Source: Bacillota bacterium (GTDB lineage Bacteria; Bacillota; Bacilli; Paenibacillales; JBEGSW01). Taken from it: a DNA stretch of 64,000 nucleotides. The stretch is taken from positions 6,446 through 70,445 of the forward strand of contig JBEGSW010000032.1 of NCBI GenBank assembly GCA_041179705.1, given 5' to 3'. The position numbers were made by a program, and so were the translations under genes. The notes beneath the pieces are model-generated. The model saw nothing but the letters and a program-made list of their open reading frames with translations. It searched no databases and had not been told where the DNA came from. Shown one piece after another: positions 27,172 to 38,492 of this stretch (within the stretch, counting starts at the first letter, position 1; each line of letters starts with the position of its first letter).

Positions 27172-27981
27172 TTAAGCTTGCTTTAGTTCACGAACAAACG
27201 ATTGCACTTGGGCAATCCCCTGCTCTTTCGTTGCTGGATTCGTTAACAATGGAAGTGCATTTTCAATCGTGCGAACAATCGCACTACCCACAACTACACC
27301 ATCACAAACGCCACTGAATTGACGCACTTGCTCCGGAGAAGAAATCCCGAAGCCTATTGCAATTGGAAGCTGTGATGATTGTTTCACAGTATCAAGAAAT
27401 TGGTTCAGTCCCTCCGCAAATTGTGCGCGTTCACCTGTTACTCCTAATGAGGATACGCAGTAAATGAAGCCACTTCCTTTGGAAGCAATTGTCTTTACAC
27501 GTTGTTCAGACGTTGGGGCAACTAACGGAATCAAGTGAATATGATAAGTGTCTGCTAATGTTCTTAACTCGTCGTCTTCCTCAATTGGCAAATCAGGAAT
27601 AATTAACCCACTAATGTCATTCTCAGAAGCTAGCTTCAAGAAAGTTTCTAATCCAACCTGTAACACAGGATTATAATAAGTAAATAAGATAAATGGCATC
27701 TCAACGCCTTCTTTACGCGCTCTACCTGCTAGGGCAATTACATCAAGGATAGATACGCCCTGTGCTAGTGCACGCTCAGACGCACGCTGAATCACTGGTC
27801 CATCTGCGAGTGGATCGGAGTAAGGAACGCCGAGCTCAATTAAGTTTGCTCCCGCTTGTTCAAAAGCCTTTATCATTTCAATTGAAGTATCTAAACTCGG
27901 ATCACCAATCGTCATGAATGGAATTAACGCCGTTTCATTCCTTTCTTTCAATCGGGCAAACGTTGCATCAATGCGATTCAT
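27172..27981 (-). CDS. trpA: Tryptophan synthase alpha chain
   Basis: Canonical TrpA translation (..[18 protein letters not shown].. and ..GFGIS..). Confidence 0.95.
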   Translation of the reverse strand: MNRIDATFARLKERNETALIPFMTIGDPSLDTSIEMIKAFEQAGANLIELGVPYSDPLADGPVIQRASERALAQGVSILDVIALAGRARKEGVEMPFILFTYYNPVLQVGLETFLKLASENDISGLIIPDLPIEEDDELRTLADTYHIHLIPLVAPTSEQRVKTIASKGSGFIYCVSSLGVTGERAQFAEGLNQFLDTVKQSSQLPIAIGFGISSPEQVRQFSGVCDGVVVGSAIVRTIENALPLLTNPATKEQGIAQVQSFVRELKQA

Positions 27982-29182
27982 TTTTTTGCCCTCCTAAATT
28001 ACTCATAATCGTTTCAACGTCTTTGTCCCCGCGACCAGATAAATTAATTACAATTGTCTGGTCTTTGCTCATTTTGGGAGCAAGTTTCAAAGCATACGCA
28101 ATCGCATGTGCACTTTCAAGCGCAGGAATAATACCTTCTGTGCGACAAAGTACCTGTAATGCATCCAACGCCTCTTGATCTGTAATTGGTACATATTCGG
28201 CACGCAAAGAATCTTTTAGGAATGCATGCTCAGGTCCAATCCCAGGATAATCTAAACCAGCCGAGATAGAATGCGCAGGTAATACTTGTCCTAATTTATC
28301 TTGTAATAAATAACTAAGTGAGCCTTGGAATACCCCATGAGTACCCATCGTCATTGTCGCTGCATGCTCATCCGTGTCAATCCCCTTACCAGCAGCTTCA
28401 ACACCGATTAATTTAACAGTTGGATCGCCAACAAACGCAGTAAACATACCAATTGCATTACTTCCGCCACCCACACATGCAATTACAGCATCGGGCAAAC
28501 GGTTTTCTTTCGCAATAAACTGTTCTCTTGTTTCATCGCCAATCACACGTTGGAAGTCACGAACCATCATCGGATATGGATGCGGACCTGTAGCAGAACC
28601 AAGAATATAATAAGTATCCGTAACATTGCTAACCCAATAGCGAAGCGTTTCATTACACGCATCTTTAAGTGTACGCGTACCTGATGTTACAGGAACAACT
28701 TCAGTTCCTAGTAAGTTCATTCGAAACACATTTAGTTGTTGGCGTTTAATATCTTCTTCACCCATAAACACTTTGCATTCCATACCAAGTAATGCTGCAA
28801 CGGTTGCTGTCGCAACACCATGTTGTCCGGCACCTGTCTCTGCGATGATCTTGTTCTTGCCCATTCGTTTCGCAAGTAAGCCTTGACCGAGCGCATTATT
28901 GATTTTGTGGGCACCTGTATGATTAAGGTCTTCACGCTTTAAATAGATTTTAGCCCCACCTAAACTTTCAGACAAACGCGAAGCATGATAAAGCGAAGTT
29001 GGTCTTCCCGAATATTCCTTTAACAGGTAATTTAACTCAGCAATAAATTCAGGTTCTTTGGCATATTTATTGTATGCTTCTTCTAATTCGAACAAAGCAT
29101 TCATTAACGTCTCAGGTACATATCGGCCACCGAACTTACCAAATCGACCGTGCAAATCTGGTCCAGTCTGTGTTGTAGTCAT
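27968..29182 (-). CDS. trpB: Tryptophan synthase beta chain
   Basis: ..[15 protein letters not shown].. and ..[11 protein letters not shown].. (PLP lysine). Confidence 0.97.
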   Translation of the reverse strand: MTTTQTGPDLHGRFGKFGGRYVPETLMNALFELEEAYNKYAKEPEFIAELNYLLKEYSGRPTSLYHASRLSESLGGAKIYLKREDLNHTGAHKINNALGQGLLAKRMGKNKIIAETGAGQHGVATATVAALLGMECKVFMGEEDIKRQQLNVFRMNLLGTEVVPVTSGTRTLKDACNETLRYWVSNVTDTYYILGSATGPHPYPMMVRDFQRVIGDETREQFIAKENRLPDAVIACVGGGSNAIGMFTAFVGDPTVKLIGVEAAGKGIDTDEHAATMTMGTHGVFQGSLSYLLQDKLGQVLPAHSISAGLDYPGIGPEHAFLKDSLRAEYVPITDQEALDALQVLCRTEGIIPALESAHAIAYALKLAPKMSKDQTIVINLSGRGDKDVETIMSNLGGQKNESH

Positions 29183-29850
29183 GCCTGTTTCACCCTCTCA
29201 ACAAATTTTTTTATTTTCTCAAAATCCTTCTGTCCATCCGATTCGACACCGCTAGAAACATCAACGCCAAATGGTTGATAATCTTCAATTAAATGTCCTA
29301 CATTATCTTGGTTTAATCCACCTGCAACTAATAGAGGTAATTCGTGTTCATTCGCATATGAAATGTAATCCGGCAATACCGTCCAGTCAAACGTTAAACC
29401 CGTTCCACCTTCTGCATTCGGTAATACAGTATCTAAGAGAACACCGTCCACAATCCCAATATAATCAGCAAAGATAAATGCTGGTGAATCTTTATCATGG
29501 ATAGGTGCGGGAAATGCCTTAAACACTTGAACATTGAGTTTATCTTTTATAGTCCTACAAAACGCTGCAGACTCCTGACCGTGCAATTGAACAACATCAA
29601 GTCCAGAAATGCGAACACCTTGTTCGACTTCGTCAAACGTCGGATTTACATAAACGCCAACTGTTAATGCTGCTTGCGTATGTGAGGCTTTTGCGCAGCT
29701 ACGATAATCAGAAATTAACTTAGCAGCTTGCTCTGCAGTCACCTGTCGACGACTTTTGGCAAATACAAATCCAATCCAATCAATCGGTAGATGCACCATA
29801 GATTGTAGCACTTCAACGCGTTGAATTCCACAGATTTTAACCTTTGTCAT
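29179..29850 (-). CDS. trpF: Phosphoribosylanthranilate isomerase
   Basis: MTKVKICGI.. start and a TIM-barrel PRAI pattern. Overlaps the trpB start. Confidence 0.9.
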   Translation of the reverse strand: MTKVKICGIQRVEVLQSMVHLPIDWIGFVFAKSRRQVTAEQAAKLISDYRSCAKASHTQAALTVGVYVNPTFDEVEQGVRISGLDVVQLHGQESAAFCRTIKDKLNVQVFKAFPAPIHDKDSPAFIFADYIGIVDGVLLDTVLPNAEGGTGLTFDWTVLPDYISYANEHELPLLVAGGLNQDNVGHLIEDYQPFGVDVSSGVESDGQKDFEKIKKFVERVKQA

Positions 29851-29864
29851 GGGGCGCTCCCCCT

Positions 29865-30653
29865 CTATTTTATCGATCCTAATAATGCATTAACAGCATC
29901 TGTTACATTCGGCTGACGCATGAAAGATTCACCAATTAAAAGACCGCCAGCACCAATACTTTTTAGGTAGGCGACATCCTCTGTTGTATGAATACCACTT
30001 TCACTAATTAATTTAATCGAATTTGGTACGTACTTCATTAACTCTTCTGTTGTTTGTAAATCAGTGTGGAACGTCTTTAAATCACGATTATTAACACCAA
30101 TCAATCGATGGTCTAGTTCTAAGGCGATTTCTAATTCACGACGATCATGCACTTCAACTAACACATCTAAATTTAAATCTTTTGCCTCTTTAAGCAAGTC
30201 TTTCAGTTGTTGTTTTTCAAGAATTGCCACAATTAATAAAATGGCATCCGCCCCAATTGCGCGTGCTTCGTAAATTTGAAAAGGATCGATAATAAAGTCT
30301 TTTCGAATGATTGGCAATGACACATTTGCACTTACTTCAGTTAAGTATGCATTGGATCCTTGGAAATAGTCGACATCTGTAAGGACTGAAAGACAATCCG
30401 CTCCTGCCAATTCGTATCCTTTGGCAATTTCCACAGGATTAAAGTCAGCTCGGATTAACCCTTTGGAAGGTGAAGCCTTTTTCACTTCAGCGATTAAACC
30501 TAGATCTCTTTGGGGAGTGTCCAATAATCGTCTTTCGAACCCGCGTGTCTGAGGAAGTGTAGCAATTTGTTTCTCAAATTGCGCAATTGTTACTCGTTCT
30601 TTTAATGTTGCCACTTCAATATGTTTGGTTTGTACAATGCGATCTAATATCAT
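29865..30653 (-). CDS. trpC: Indole-3-glycerol phosphate synthase
   Basis: ..IAEVKKASPSKG.. motif. ATGA overlap with the trpD stop, and GGGGGA as RBS. Confidence 0.93.
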   Translation of the reverse strand: MILDRIVQTKHIEVATLKERVTIAQFEKQIATLPQTRGFERRLLDTPQRDLGLIAEVKKASPSKGLIRADFNPVEIAKGYELAGADCLSVLTDVDYFQGSNAYLTEVSANVSLPIIRKDFIIDPFQIYEARAIGADAILLIVAILEKQQLKDLLKEAKDLNLDVLVEVHDRRELEIALELDHRLIGVNNRDLKTFHTDLQTTEELMKYVPNSIKLISESGIHTTEDVAYLKSIGAGGLLIGESFMRQPNVTDAVNALLGSIK

Positions 30654-31675
30654 TTCGTCAGTTCCCCCGTACACGTAACAAGTGCATGTAATTTTTGAAG
30701 CGCTAAGCCAGAATCAATCGCTTTAGCTGCTACTTTTACACCTTCTGCAATCGAATTTGCTTGTTCAGATAAGTACAATGCCGCACCTGCATTCGCTAAT
30801 ATAATATCTCGTCTAGCACCTTTTTCACCTGCAAACACAGCTTTTATAATTTCAGCATTTCCTGCAGCATCGCCACCGGCTAATTCAGAAAGCTGATGTT
30901 GTGAAAGACCAATTTGCTTTGGCTCAATCACGTAAGATGTGATTTGTCCATTATTTAACTCTGTTACATAAGTAGGCGCACAGACACTAATTTCGTCCAG
31001 GCCATCTTCACTTGCAACAACCAATGCTCTTTTTAATCCCAGCTCACGCAAAGATTCTGCAACTAATTGTGTGCGATTTCGATCAAACACACCCATTAAT
31101 TGACGATCGGCACCAGCTGGATTGGTTAAAGGACCAAGCAAATTAAAAATTGTACGGAATCCGAGTTCACGTCTAGGCGCAGCTGCATGTTTCATTGATT
31201 GGTGGAAACTTTGCGCAAACATGAAGCAAATGCCAACTTGTTCTAAGCATGCTTTCGCTTGATCAGCGGTTAACGTAATGTTTACACCTAATGCTTCAAG
31301 TACATCCGCACTTCCGCTTTTACTAGACATCGCACGATTGCCGTGTTTAGCCACACGTACACCTGCAGCAGCGGCAACGATTGCAGCAGCTGTAGATACG
31401 TTAAATGTGTTTCCACCGTCGCCACCAGTCCCACAAGTATCCAATAATTGATCTTGTTCGGTTGTGACACGATTTGCTCTCGCACGCATCACTTCCGCAA
31501 ATCCTGTTACTTCATCAAGACTTTCGCCTTTAAGACGAAGAGCTGTTAACATGGCACCAATTTGCGCGGGAGTCGCTTCCCCATCCATGACGGCATACAT
31601 CACTTCTTTCGCTTGAGAACGTGTAAGATCACGTCCAAGGATTAATTGATTTAACGCATTTTTCATTATGTCCAC
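30650..31675 (-). CDS. trpD: Anthranilate phosphoribosyltransferase
   Basis: ..DTCGTGGDG..TFNVSTAAA.. motif. GTG start after AAAGGAG. Confidence 0.95.
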   Translation of the reverse strand: MDIMKNALNQLILGRDLTRSQAKEVMYAVMDGEATPAQIGAMLTALRLKGESLDEVTGFAEVMRARANRVTTEQDQLLDTCGTGGDGGNTFNVSTAAAIVAAAAGVRVAKHGNRAMSSKSGSADVLEALGVNITLTADQAKACLEQVGICFMFAQSFHQSMKHAAAPRRELGFRTIFNLLGPLTNPAGADRQLMGVFDRNRTQLVAESLRELGLKRALVVASEDGLDEISVCAPTYVTELNNGQITSYVIEPKQIGLSQHQLSELAGGDAAGNAEIIKAVFAGEKGARRDIILANAGAALYLSEQANSIAEGVKVAAKAIDSGLALQKLHALVTCTGELTK

Positions 31676-31695
31676 GATTAAAATCTCCTTTAAAC

Positions 31696-33210
31696 CTATT
31701 GAGTAACATTTAAAAATACACTTTCAGCAAGACGTATCGATTTCAAAGCGGCTTTGGCTTTGTTTACAGTTTCCATATACTCACTCTCAGGAACGGAATC
31801 TGCGACAATCCCTGCTCCGGCTTGTGCATATGCTTTTCCGTTCTTAAATATTAATGTGCGAATTGTAATACATGTATCTAGATTACCAGAGAAGCCTAAA
31901 TATCCGATTGCACCAGCATAGGCACCACGTGCTTCGTTCTCTAGTTCAGCAATGATTTCCATTGCTCGAAGTTTAGGAGCTCCTGATACCGTACCTGCTG
32001 GTAAGCAGGAGATAAATGCATCGTAAAAATCCTTATCTTCTCGCAATTTGCCAGTTACATTCGAAACAATGTGCATAACATGCGAATAGCGCTCAATTTC
32101 CATGAACGAATCACAGTGCACACTTCCATATTCTGCAACTCGACCAATGTCATTCCGTCCTAAATCAACTAACATCAGGTGCTCAGCCAATTCTTTCTGA
32201 TCAGCCAATAGCTCTTTTTCAAGCGCGAGATCCTCTGCTTGTGTCTTGCCTCTAGGACGTGTTCCTGCAATTGGACGTGTTTCAACATTTTCACCTTCTA
32301 CACGAACCAATAATTCTGGCGATGCACCGACGATCACCTCATCCTCCATCTTCAAATAATACATATATGGAGAAGGATTAATCGACCGTAAAATGCGATA
32401 CACCTGTAGAGGTGATGCTTCCGTAGTCGTTTCAAAACGTTGCGACAACACGACCTGGAAGATGTCACCTGCTCGAATATACTCTTTTGCTTGCTCTACA
32501 TTCGAAATGAATTTTTCTTTAGACATATTTGAAGTAATGCCATCCACATCCTGGTTCATCATTTCTGGTGTGAATCCAGCCATTGGAGGTACTGTAATCG
32601 GTGTTTTTAATCTTTGAATTGTTGCTTCAATTTTCGCTTCAGCTTTATTATACGCTTCACGAATCACGCTCTCTTTGGCATTGGAGGGAACGTGCACATT
32701 GGCAATAACTTGCAGTTGCTGCTTCAAGTGATCAAACACGATAACTTGATCGCAAAACATGAATTGCATATCATTCATTTGTAAATCATCAATTCGGTGA
32801 GCTGGTAAGTTCTCATAGTATTGCAATAAATCATAGCCAAAAAATCCAACTGCTCCTCCGGTAAACCGAGGCATGTCAGGTAAATCTGGACTTCTGTAGG
32901 AGGATAATAATGCTTTCAATGCTTCAATCGGTTTCCCGCCCAATGAGACTTTATCACCGTTTTGAATCACTTGAATACTTCCTTTTTTAGCTTGAACTTG
33001 CAGGAACGGGTCTGTTCCAATGAAGGAATAACGTGCCCAGTTCGCACCGCCCTCAACACTTTCAAGTAAGAATGCATAGTCTTCTTCATAGAAATGGTGG
33101 AAAACGCGAATTGGTGTTTCAGTGTCTGCCATTACGTGCCGCACAATTGGAATTAAATTATAGGAATCCGCTAATTCTAATACACGTTGAAATTGGTCGA
33201 TTGGTTGCAT
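31696..33210 (-). CDS. trpE: Anthranilate synthase component I
   Basis: The chorismate-binding enzyme signature (..GAYAGAIGY.. and ..G.G.V.DS.P..E..E..NK) is present. Confidence 0.95.
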   Translation of the reverse strand: MQPIDQFQRVLELADSYNLIPIVRHVMADTETPIRVFHHFYEEDYAFLLESVEGGANWARYSFIGTDPFLQVQAKKGSIQVIQNGDKVSLGGKPIEALKALLSSYRSPDLPDMPRFTGGAVGFFGYDLLQYYENLPAHRIDDLQMNDMQFMFCDQVIVFDHLKQQLQVIANVHVPSNAKESVIREAYNKAEAKIEATIQRLKTPITVPPMAGFTPEMMNQDVDGITSNMSKEKFISNVEQAKEYIRAGDIFQVVLSQRFETTTEASPLQVYRILRSINPSPYMYYLKMEDEVIVGASPELLVRVEGENVETRPIAGTRPRGKTQAEDLALEKELLADQKELAEHLMLVDLGRNDIGRVAEYGSVHCDSFMEIERYSHVMHIVSNVTGKLREDKDFYDAFISCLPAGTVSGAPKLRAMEIIAELENEARGAYAGAIGYLGFSGNLDTCITIRTLIFKNGKAYAQAGAGIVADSVPESEYMETVNKAKAALKSIRLAESVFLNVTQ

Positions 33211-33232
33211 GGTATACCTTCCCTCTCTCAGA

Positions 33233-33266
33233 TAAAATAAAAACCCCTACTTCGATAAAGTAGAGG
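33233..33266 (-). terminator. trp leader attenuator (intrinsic terminator upstream of trpE)
   Basis: Minus strand CCUCUACUU-UAUCG-AAGUAGGGG (9 bp including one G-U pair) followed by UUUUUAUUUU. It lies 23 nt upstream of the trpE ATG. Confidence 0.8.
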
Positions 33267-33334
33267 TTGAATATACAAACAAATTAGACCGATCCCCATA
33301 AGGAAGATTGGACTTGTTGTGTCTTCAGGTTATG

Positions 33335-33394
33335 CTCTGCTCTACTCTGCTCTGATAATGCCTAATCTATACTGCTCTCAACTAATACTGACTA
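33335..33394 (-). promoter_or_regulatory. TRAP binding site: 11 (G/U/C)AG triplets in the trp leader
   Basis: Minus strand 5'-UAG,CAG,UAG,GAG,CAG,UAG,UAG,(9-nt gap),GAG,GAG,GAG,GAG-3', mostly with 2-nt spacers. TRAP (mtrB) is encoded at 41428-41658. Confidence 0.8.
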
Positions 33395-33415
33395 TACCTG
33401 AAAATCTTATACGGG

Positions 33416-33790
33416 TCAACCAGCCGTAGGTTTCAAATCAGGTCTCAAGCGTGTAGCCTCGTTCAAGTAAACATGATTGATTTCCGCTTGGGATTTTGTT
33501 GTATTTACGGTTACTAGCATACGAATACAAAGTTCTAAACTACCAGGTACTGGTATCTCTAATGCACACATTAATGGTACAAGTTCCCAATTCTTCATCT
33601 GACGAATAGCTTTTGCCGGGAATGCTGCAGTAATATCGTCGGTAACTGTAATTAATAAGCTAGCAATATCTTCAGGGGAAAGTTCGTTTTGTGCTACAAT
33701 TTCATCCAACATCGCAATGGTTTCTTTGATAATTTCTTGTTCTGTATTTGCTTTGACGGTTGTTGCACCACGAATACCACGTACGAACAT
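33416..33790 (-). CDS. aroH: Chorismate mutase, AroH class
   Basis: MFVRGIRGATTV.. N-terminus as in B. subtilis AroH. The protein is 124 aa. Confidence 0.9.
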   Translation of the reverse strand: MFVRGIRGATTVKANTEQEIIKETIAMLDEIVAQNELSPEDIASLLITVTDDITAAFPAKAIRQMKNWELVPLMCALEIPVPGSLELCIRMLVTVNTTKSQAEINHVYLNEATRLRPDLKPTAG

Positions 33791-33792
33791 GA

Positions 33793-34896
33793 TTACTGTT
33801 CCCCTTTCAATTGCTTAATTACTGTAATTACTTGATTTAATTGAACAGGTTGATTATATTCAACCGAACCTATTGCTGTTGGTAGAACAAAATTCATTTG
33901 TCCTCCACTAAATTTCTTATCATGTTGCATTGCTTCTAAAATGGCTTCTATTTCCATATGGCTTGGAATCGATGTAGGAAGCCCAAACTTTTCAAATAAA
34001 TTTCTTGTCGTATCCAAGATTTCTTTATCTGCACCAGCATGTACAGCTAACATCGCCGAACCAACCATACCTACCGCAATCGCTTCGCCATGTAACATTT
34101 CATTATAGGATGCGACCGCCTCAAGAGCATGACCAATGGTATGTCCAAGGTTTAGGATTGCTCGCAGTCCGCCCTCTTTCTCGTCTTGCGAAACAACGAT
34201 CGATTTGATGCGACAGCCTTCATATAATGCATGTTGCAACGCCTTCAAATCGAGTGCCAACAACTCTTCAACATGTTCAGACGTCCAATTTACGAATGAT
34301 GCATCCCAAATCAATCCATGCTTAATTACTTCCGATAATCCAGAACGAACATCTCGAATGGGTAAACTGAGTAATGTATCTAAATCGTAAATAACCATCT
34401 CAGGTTGATGAAACGCACCAATTATATTTTTGGCAAGGCGATGATTCACTGCTACTTTACCACCAACGCTGCTATCATGGGCAAGAATTGTCGTAGGTAC
34501 TTGTACAAACCGAATACCTCGCATGAAACTAGCTGCTGCAAAACCAGCAAGATCACCAACTACACCGCCACCTAATGCAACAATTGTAGATTTACGGTCT
34601 AATCCATCAAGAAGTGCTTGTTCAACAATGCGATCAAGCATTTCAAGTGACTTCGTCTTTTCACCTGCGGGAACGACGATAGATCCAACTTTGTAACCAC
34701 TATTATGCAATACTTGTATTGTAGAGTCTAAATATAGTGGAGCCACATTTTCATCCGTAACAAGCAAAATAGGAGAACTTGTGGGGATTTTGTGCGAAAT
34801 AAAAAGTTCGCCAATGCGCTTCAATAAACCTGATTCAATATAGATCGGATAGGAACGATCGCCTAAATCGACCATTAATTGTGATTTGTCTGGCAT
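33793..34896 (-). CDS. aroB: 3-dehydroquinate synthase
   Basis: ..ALGGGVVGDLAGFAA.. and ..LNLGHT.GHA.E.. motifs. Confidence 0.95.
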   Translation of the reverse strand: MPDKSQLMVDLGDRSYPIYIESGLLKRIGELFISHKIPTSSPILLVTDENVAPLYLDSTIQVLHNSGYKVGSIVVPAGEKTKSLEMLDRIVEQALLDGLDRKSTIVALGGGVVGDLAGFAAASFMRGIRFVQVPTTILAHDSSVGGKVAVNHRLAKNIIGAFHQPEMVIYDLDTLLSLPIRDVRSGLSEVIKHGLIWDASFVNWTSEHVEELLALDLKALQHALYEGCRIKSIVVSQDEKEGGLRAILNLGHTIGHALEAVASYNEMLHGEAIAVGMVGSAMLAVHAGADKEILDTTRNLFEKFGLPTSIPSHMEIEAILEAMQHDKKFSGGQMNFVLPTAIGSVEYNQPVQLNQVITVIKQLKGEQ

Positions 34897-34899
34897 AGA

Positions 34900-36066
34900 T
34901 TAATACTCCGATACTTGCTTAAGATAGTTGTTATAATTCCCGCGAATTTCTTCGATGGAGTCACCACCGAATTTCTCAAGAAATGCTTTTGCGATTTCCC
35001 AAGCAACAACATGTTCCATGACAACACTTGCTGCCGGAACGGCACAACTGTCAGAACGCTCAACTTGAGCTGTAAATGCTTCCTTTGTATCAATATCGAT
35101 ACTTTGCAATGGTTTGTATAATGTCGGGATTGGTTTCATTACGCCACGAACAACGATTGGTTCACCCGTTGAAATACCGCCTTCAATCCCACCTGCACGA
35201 TTCGTCGAACGGCGGAAACCACTTGCTTTATCGTATGTAATTTCATCATGAACTTCCGAACCACGTAAATAACCTGCTTCAAAGCCGATACCGATTTCGC
35301 AACCCTTAAATGCATTGATTGAAACAACCGCTTGGGCTAAACGCGCATCCAACTTACGATCGTATTGCACATAGCTACCTAAACCTACAGGTACGCCTTC
35401 AACAACACATTCCACGATACCGCCAATGGAATCACCTTCAACCTTCATTTGATCGATATAGGCCATCATTTTAGCTTCTGCTTCAGCATCGACAACACGT
35501 ACTGGCGATTGTTCTGTCTTTTCGATCAACTCGTCGATTGGTAAATCAGCACGTTTCGCTTCTATTTCACCAATGCGTAGAACTTGACCACCTACTTTAA
35601 TCCCAAACTCTGCAAGCAATTGACGCGCAAGTGCACCACAAGCAACTCGGGCTGCGGTTTCACGAGCACTTGAACGTTCCAATACATTTCGAAGGTCTTT
35701 CATGTTATATTTCAAACCACCATTTAGGTCAGCATGACCAGGACGAGGACGATTCACTCGGCGACGATCTTCATCTGTACCTTCAATTGGTTCAACATTC
35801 ATGATTTTAGTCCAATGTGTCCAGTCTTTATTTTCAACGACAAGTGCGATTGGCGCCCCTGTCGTCTTTCCGTGACGAACACCACCAACAATCTGTGCAG
35901 TATCTTTCTCAATCTGCATCCGTTTGCCTCGACCGTGGCCTTTTTGACGACGGTGTAATTGAAAATTGATTTCTTCAAAATCCAATTGCAAATTGCTTGG
36001 CATACCTTCTACGATTGCGGTTAATTGTGGGCCGTGTGTTTCACCGGCAGTTAAATATCTCAACAT
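34900..36066 (-). CDS. aroC: Chorismate synthase
   Basis: [15 protein letters not shown].. and ..GRSSARETA.. signatures. Confidence 0.95.
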   Translation of the reverse strand: MLRYLTAGETHGPQLTAIVEGMPSNLQLDFEEINFQLHRRQKGHGRGKRMQIEKDTAQIVGGVRHGKTTGAPIALVVENKDWTHWTKIMNVEPIEGTDEDRRRVNRPRPGHADLNGGLKYNMKDLRNVLERSSARETAARVACGALARQLLAEFGIKVGGQVLRIGEIEAKRADLPIDELIEKTEQSPVRVVDAEAEAKMMAYIDQMKVEGDSIGGIVECVVEGVPVGLGSYVQYDRKLDARLAQAVVSINAFKGCEIGIGFEAGYLRGSEVHDEITYDKASGFRRSTNRAGGIEGGISTGEPIVVRGVMKPIPTLYKPLQSIDIDTKEAFTAQVERSDSCAVPAASVVMEHVVAWEIAKAFLEKFGGDSIEEIRGNYNNYLKQVSEY

Positions 36067-36153
36067 GTTGCTTTGTCCCCTTTGCTACCTGTTAAATAAT
36101 AGGATTTCAGAAATTGTGTCACTTTAACGCTTTGAAGCGACAATATAAAACAT

Positions 36154-36182
36154 ATTATAGTACACCCTTATTCGTTTGACAA
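36154..36182 (-). promoter_or_regulatory. Candidate sigmaA promoter of the aroC-aroB-aroH(-trp) unit
   Basis: Minus strand TTGTCA-17 nt-TATAAT, directly after the ndk stop and about 90 nt upstream of aroC. Confidence 0.55.
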
Positions 36183-36186
36183 CAAA

Positions 36187-36636
36187 CTACAACCAACTGT
36201 CGATTGAGCGTTCGTAGTTAATAATTTCTTCTTGATTGAAAAAATTAGCGATTTCACGTTCTGCACTACTCGTAGAGTCTGATCCATGAATTAAATTTCG
36301 ATTTGTATGTAAGGCATAATCACCACGGATTGTACCCGGTAAAGCATCAGTTACTGTTGTCTTGCCAATCATTGTACGTGAGAGTGAAACAATTTGATCA
36401 CCTTCCCATACCATTGCAAATACAGGACCGGAAGTGATGAAGGATACTAAATCACCAAAAAAATCTTTTCCTTTGTGTTCTCCATAATGTGCTTCCGCAA
36501 GTGCAACGGTTGGATAAATAAGTTTACCCGCTACCATTCGAAAGCCTTTACGTTCAAACCTCGCTATAATTTCACCAATTAAACCACGTTGGACACCATC
36601 CGGTTTAATCATCAAAAATGTTCTTTCGATTGCCAT
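36187..36636 (-). CDS. ndk: Nucleoside diphosphate kinase
   Basis: [15 protein letters not shown].. and the ..NLIHGSDS.. active-site His. GAGGAGG RBS before the ATG at 36636. Confidence 0.95.
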   Translation of the reverse strand: MAIERTFLMIKPDGVQRGLIGEIIARFERKGFRMVAGKLIYPTVALAEAHYGEHKGKDFFGDLVSFITSGPVFAMVWEGDQIVSLSRTMIGKTTVTDALPGTIRGDYALHTNRNLIHGSDSTSSAEREIANFFNQEEIINYERSIDSWL

Positions 36637-36658
36637 CTCAATCTCCTCCTCGTGTATG

Positions 36659-37633
36659 TTAGTAATCGCGAGATGCCACAAAGCGAGCAATATCAATGAG
36701 ATTTTTTTTCGTCTTATTCGACGGTAAAGAATCTAATGCACCGATTGCCTTATCTATGTATCTGTCACTCAACTGCTCTGCTGCTAATATACCTTTACTG
36801 TTTCGAATCATTTGAAGAACGGCCTCAATATTAGCATCTGGCAGATTGTCTCTAATTTTTTCAATACCAGCAAGTAATTCCGCTCGAATTGAATCGTCTT
36901 GAAGCGCATATAGCACTGGCAATGTGATGTTTCCTTGTCGAATATCACTACCAGGCGGTTTTCCAATTTCTTCTTCTGTGCCTAGCAAATCAAGTAAGTC
37001 ATCTTTAATTTGGAAACACATGCCTACATTGTATCCGTATTTATACAATAAGTTAATTGTTTTTGTGTCACAACCTGCTGCAATTGCACCAAGTTGACAA
37101 CTTATTGCGATAAGTAACGCTGTCTTTCGTCTTATGCGAAGTAAGTAATCATAGGTTGATTGGTTGACATCAAAAAATAATCGAATTTGCTCCATCTCAC
37201 CAATGCACATCTGCACAATTGCATTGGATAATACTTGATGAATCCGAACATCTTCTAATTCAGAAATAACACCTAATGCACGTCCAAAAATGTAGTCACC
37301 TGTGTACATTGCAATTCGGCTATCCCATTTGGATTTCACTGTTCGTTCGCCACGACGTGTTTCAGCATTGTCAATAACATCATCATGAACAAGTGTCGCC
37401 ATATGAATTAGTTCTAGAGGGACAGCTATTTTTTGAAGACGCTCAATATCGTATTGTCCAAATTCGCCTGCAAGTAATACAAATACGGGACGAATCCTTT
37501 TTCCTCCAGCTTTAAGGAGATGTGTCGATGAATCATGGAGAATCGCATGATTGTTATTCATGCTGTTCTCTAAGGCTTGTTCAATCGTTGACATATCTTT
37601 TCTTAATCGCGCAAATAAATCAAACAGCTTCAT
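36659..37633 (-). CDS. hepT: Heptaprenyl diphosphate synthase component II (trans-polyprenyl synthase)
   Basis: The two aspartate-rich motifs LVHDDVID and KDDLLD are present. Synteny with hepS, menG and ndk. Confidence 0.9.
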   Translation of the reverse strand: MKLFDLFARLRKDMSTIEQALENSMNNNHAILHDSSTHLLKAGGKRIRPVFVLLAGEFGQYDIERLQKIAVPLELIHMATLVHDDVIDNAETRRGERTVKSKWDSRIAMYTGDYIFGRALGVISELEDVRIHQVLSNAIVQMCIGEMEQIRLFFDVNQSTYDYLLRIRRKTALLIAISCQLGAIAAGCDTKTINLLYKYGYNVGMCFQIKDDLLDLLGTEEEIGKPPGSDIRQGNITLPVLYALQDDSIRAELLAGIEKIRDNLPDANIEAVLQMIRNSKGILAAEQLSDRYIDKAIGALDSLPSNKTKKNLIDIARFVASRDY

Positions 37634-37640
37634 GAGTCAC

Positions 37641-38492
37641 CTAATTTTCTTTAATAGTGGGCCAAAACCGAATTGTAATCGGGTGTGGTAAGAGTCCTAA
37701 TTCATATGCAAGTTGAAAATATAATTGAAGGCCTTTTTGTTGTTCTTCGTCAAAATCGTAAGATAACGTCCTGAAATAATTCGTCCAGTATGCTGCGCTT
37801 CCGCCGATTTGTGCTTGAGCTCTTTGAATAATAGGCTCCAAATCTGAAAGTCCTTTACGCTTACTCTCTTGAAAGGCATTGTAGATTTGATTGATTTCAT
37901 CGGGATATTGAATGGCAATTTCTTCCCTGACAGCCCAAACTGCAAATGTCATTCCAAGACCAGTAAAGGCATTCCATGCATCTGCGAGATCAGTAACTAA
38001 ATACTGTCCATGATTTTCCCGATTCGCCTGAATCGCGTCATCACCGATAAGTAGCGCAGCTTCGGTCTTTTCCATCATCTGACTAAGATTAGGCGCTGTT
38101 GTTTCATAGGAAGGTTTGATGCCCACAAAATGTTCTAAAATAATCTTTAACAGATGAACCGAAGTCGCTGACGTATTGGTCAAACTTATTGTTTTCCCAT
38201 CTAGTTGTTCTAACGGAACTTTATGAAATAACAGAATGGAATGCACATGATTAAATGCACTTACAGATAAGTGTGGTAATAACAATAATTTTTCCGACTG
38301 TTCGGCATAGGCAAATGAGGAAATAGGCGCTACGTCAATCTCACCAATTGCCATCGCTGTATTTAAGCCAGTAGGTTTCATCGCAATGACTTCTAACCAA
38401 TCCTCAAATCTTGCAGAAGGAAAATAATGAAATACTGGCCATACATTTGTGAATTTAATTTCTCCCAGTCGAATTTTTTCCATGCTGTTCAT
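37641..38492 (-). CDS. mqnA: MqnA/MqnD-family menaquinone (futalosine pathway) biosynthesis protein, probably chorismate dehydratase MqnA
   Basis: The N-terminus ..IRLGEIKFTNVWPVF.. and overall pattern resemble the PBP-fold VitK2-biosynthesis family (PF02621). GGTGGGGAG RBS. Overlaps the ubiX 3' end by 38 nt. Confidence 0.65.
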   Translation of the reverse strand: MNSMEKIRLGEIKFTNVWPVFHYFPSARFEDWLEVIAMKPTGLNTAMAIGEIDVAPISSFAYAEQSEKLLLLPHLSVSAFNHVHSILLFHKVPLEQLDGKTISLTNTSATSVHLLKIILEHFVGIKPSYETTAPNLSQMMEKTEAALLIGDDAIQANRENHGQYLVTDLADAWNAFTGLGMTFAVWAVREEIAIQYPDEINQIYNAFQESKRKGLSDLEPIIQRAQAQIGGSAAYWTNYFRTLSYDFDEEQQKGLQLYFQLAYELGLLPHPITIRFWPTIKEN

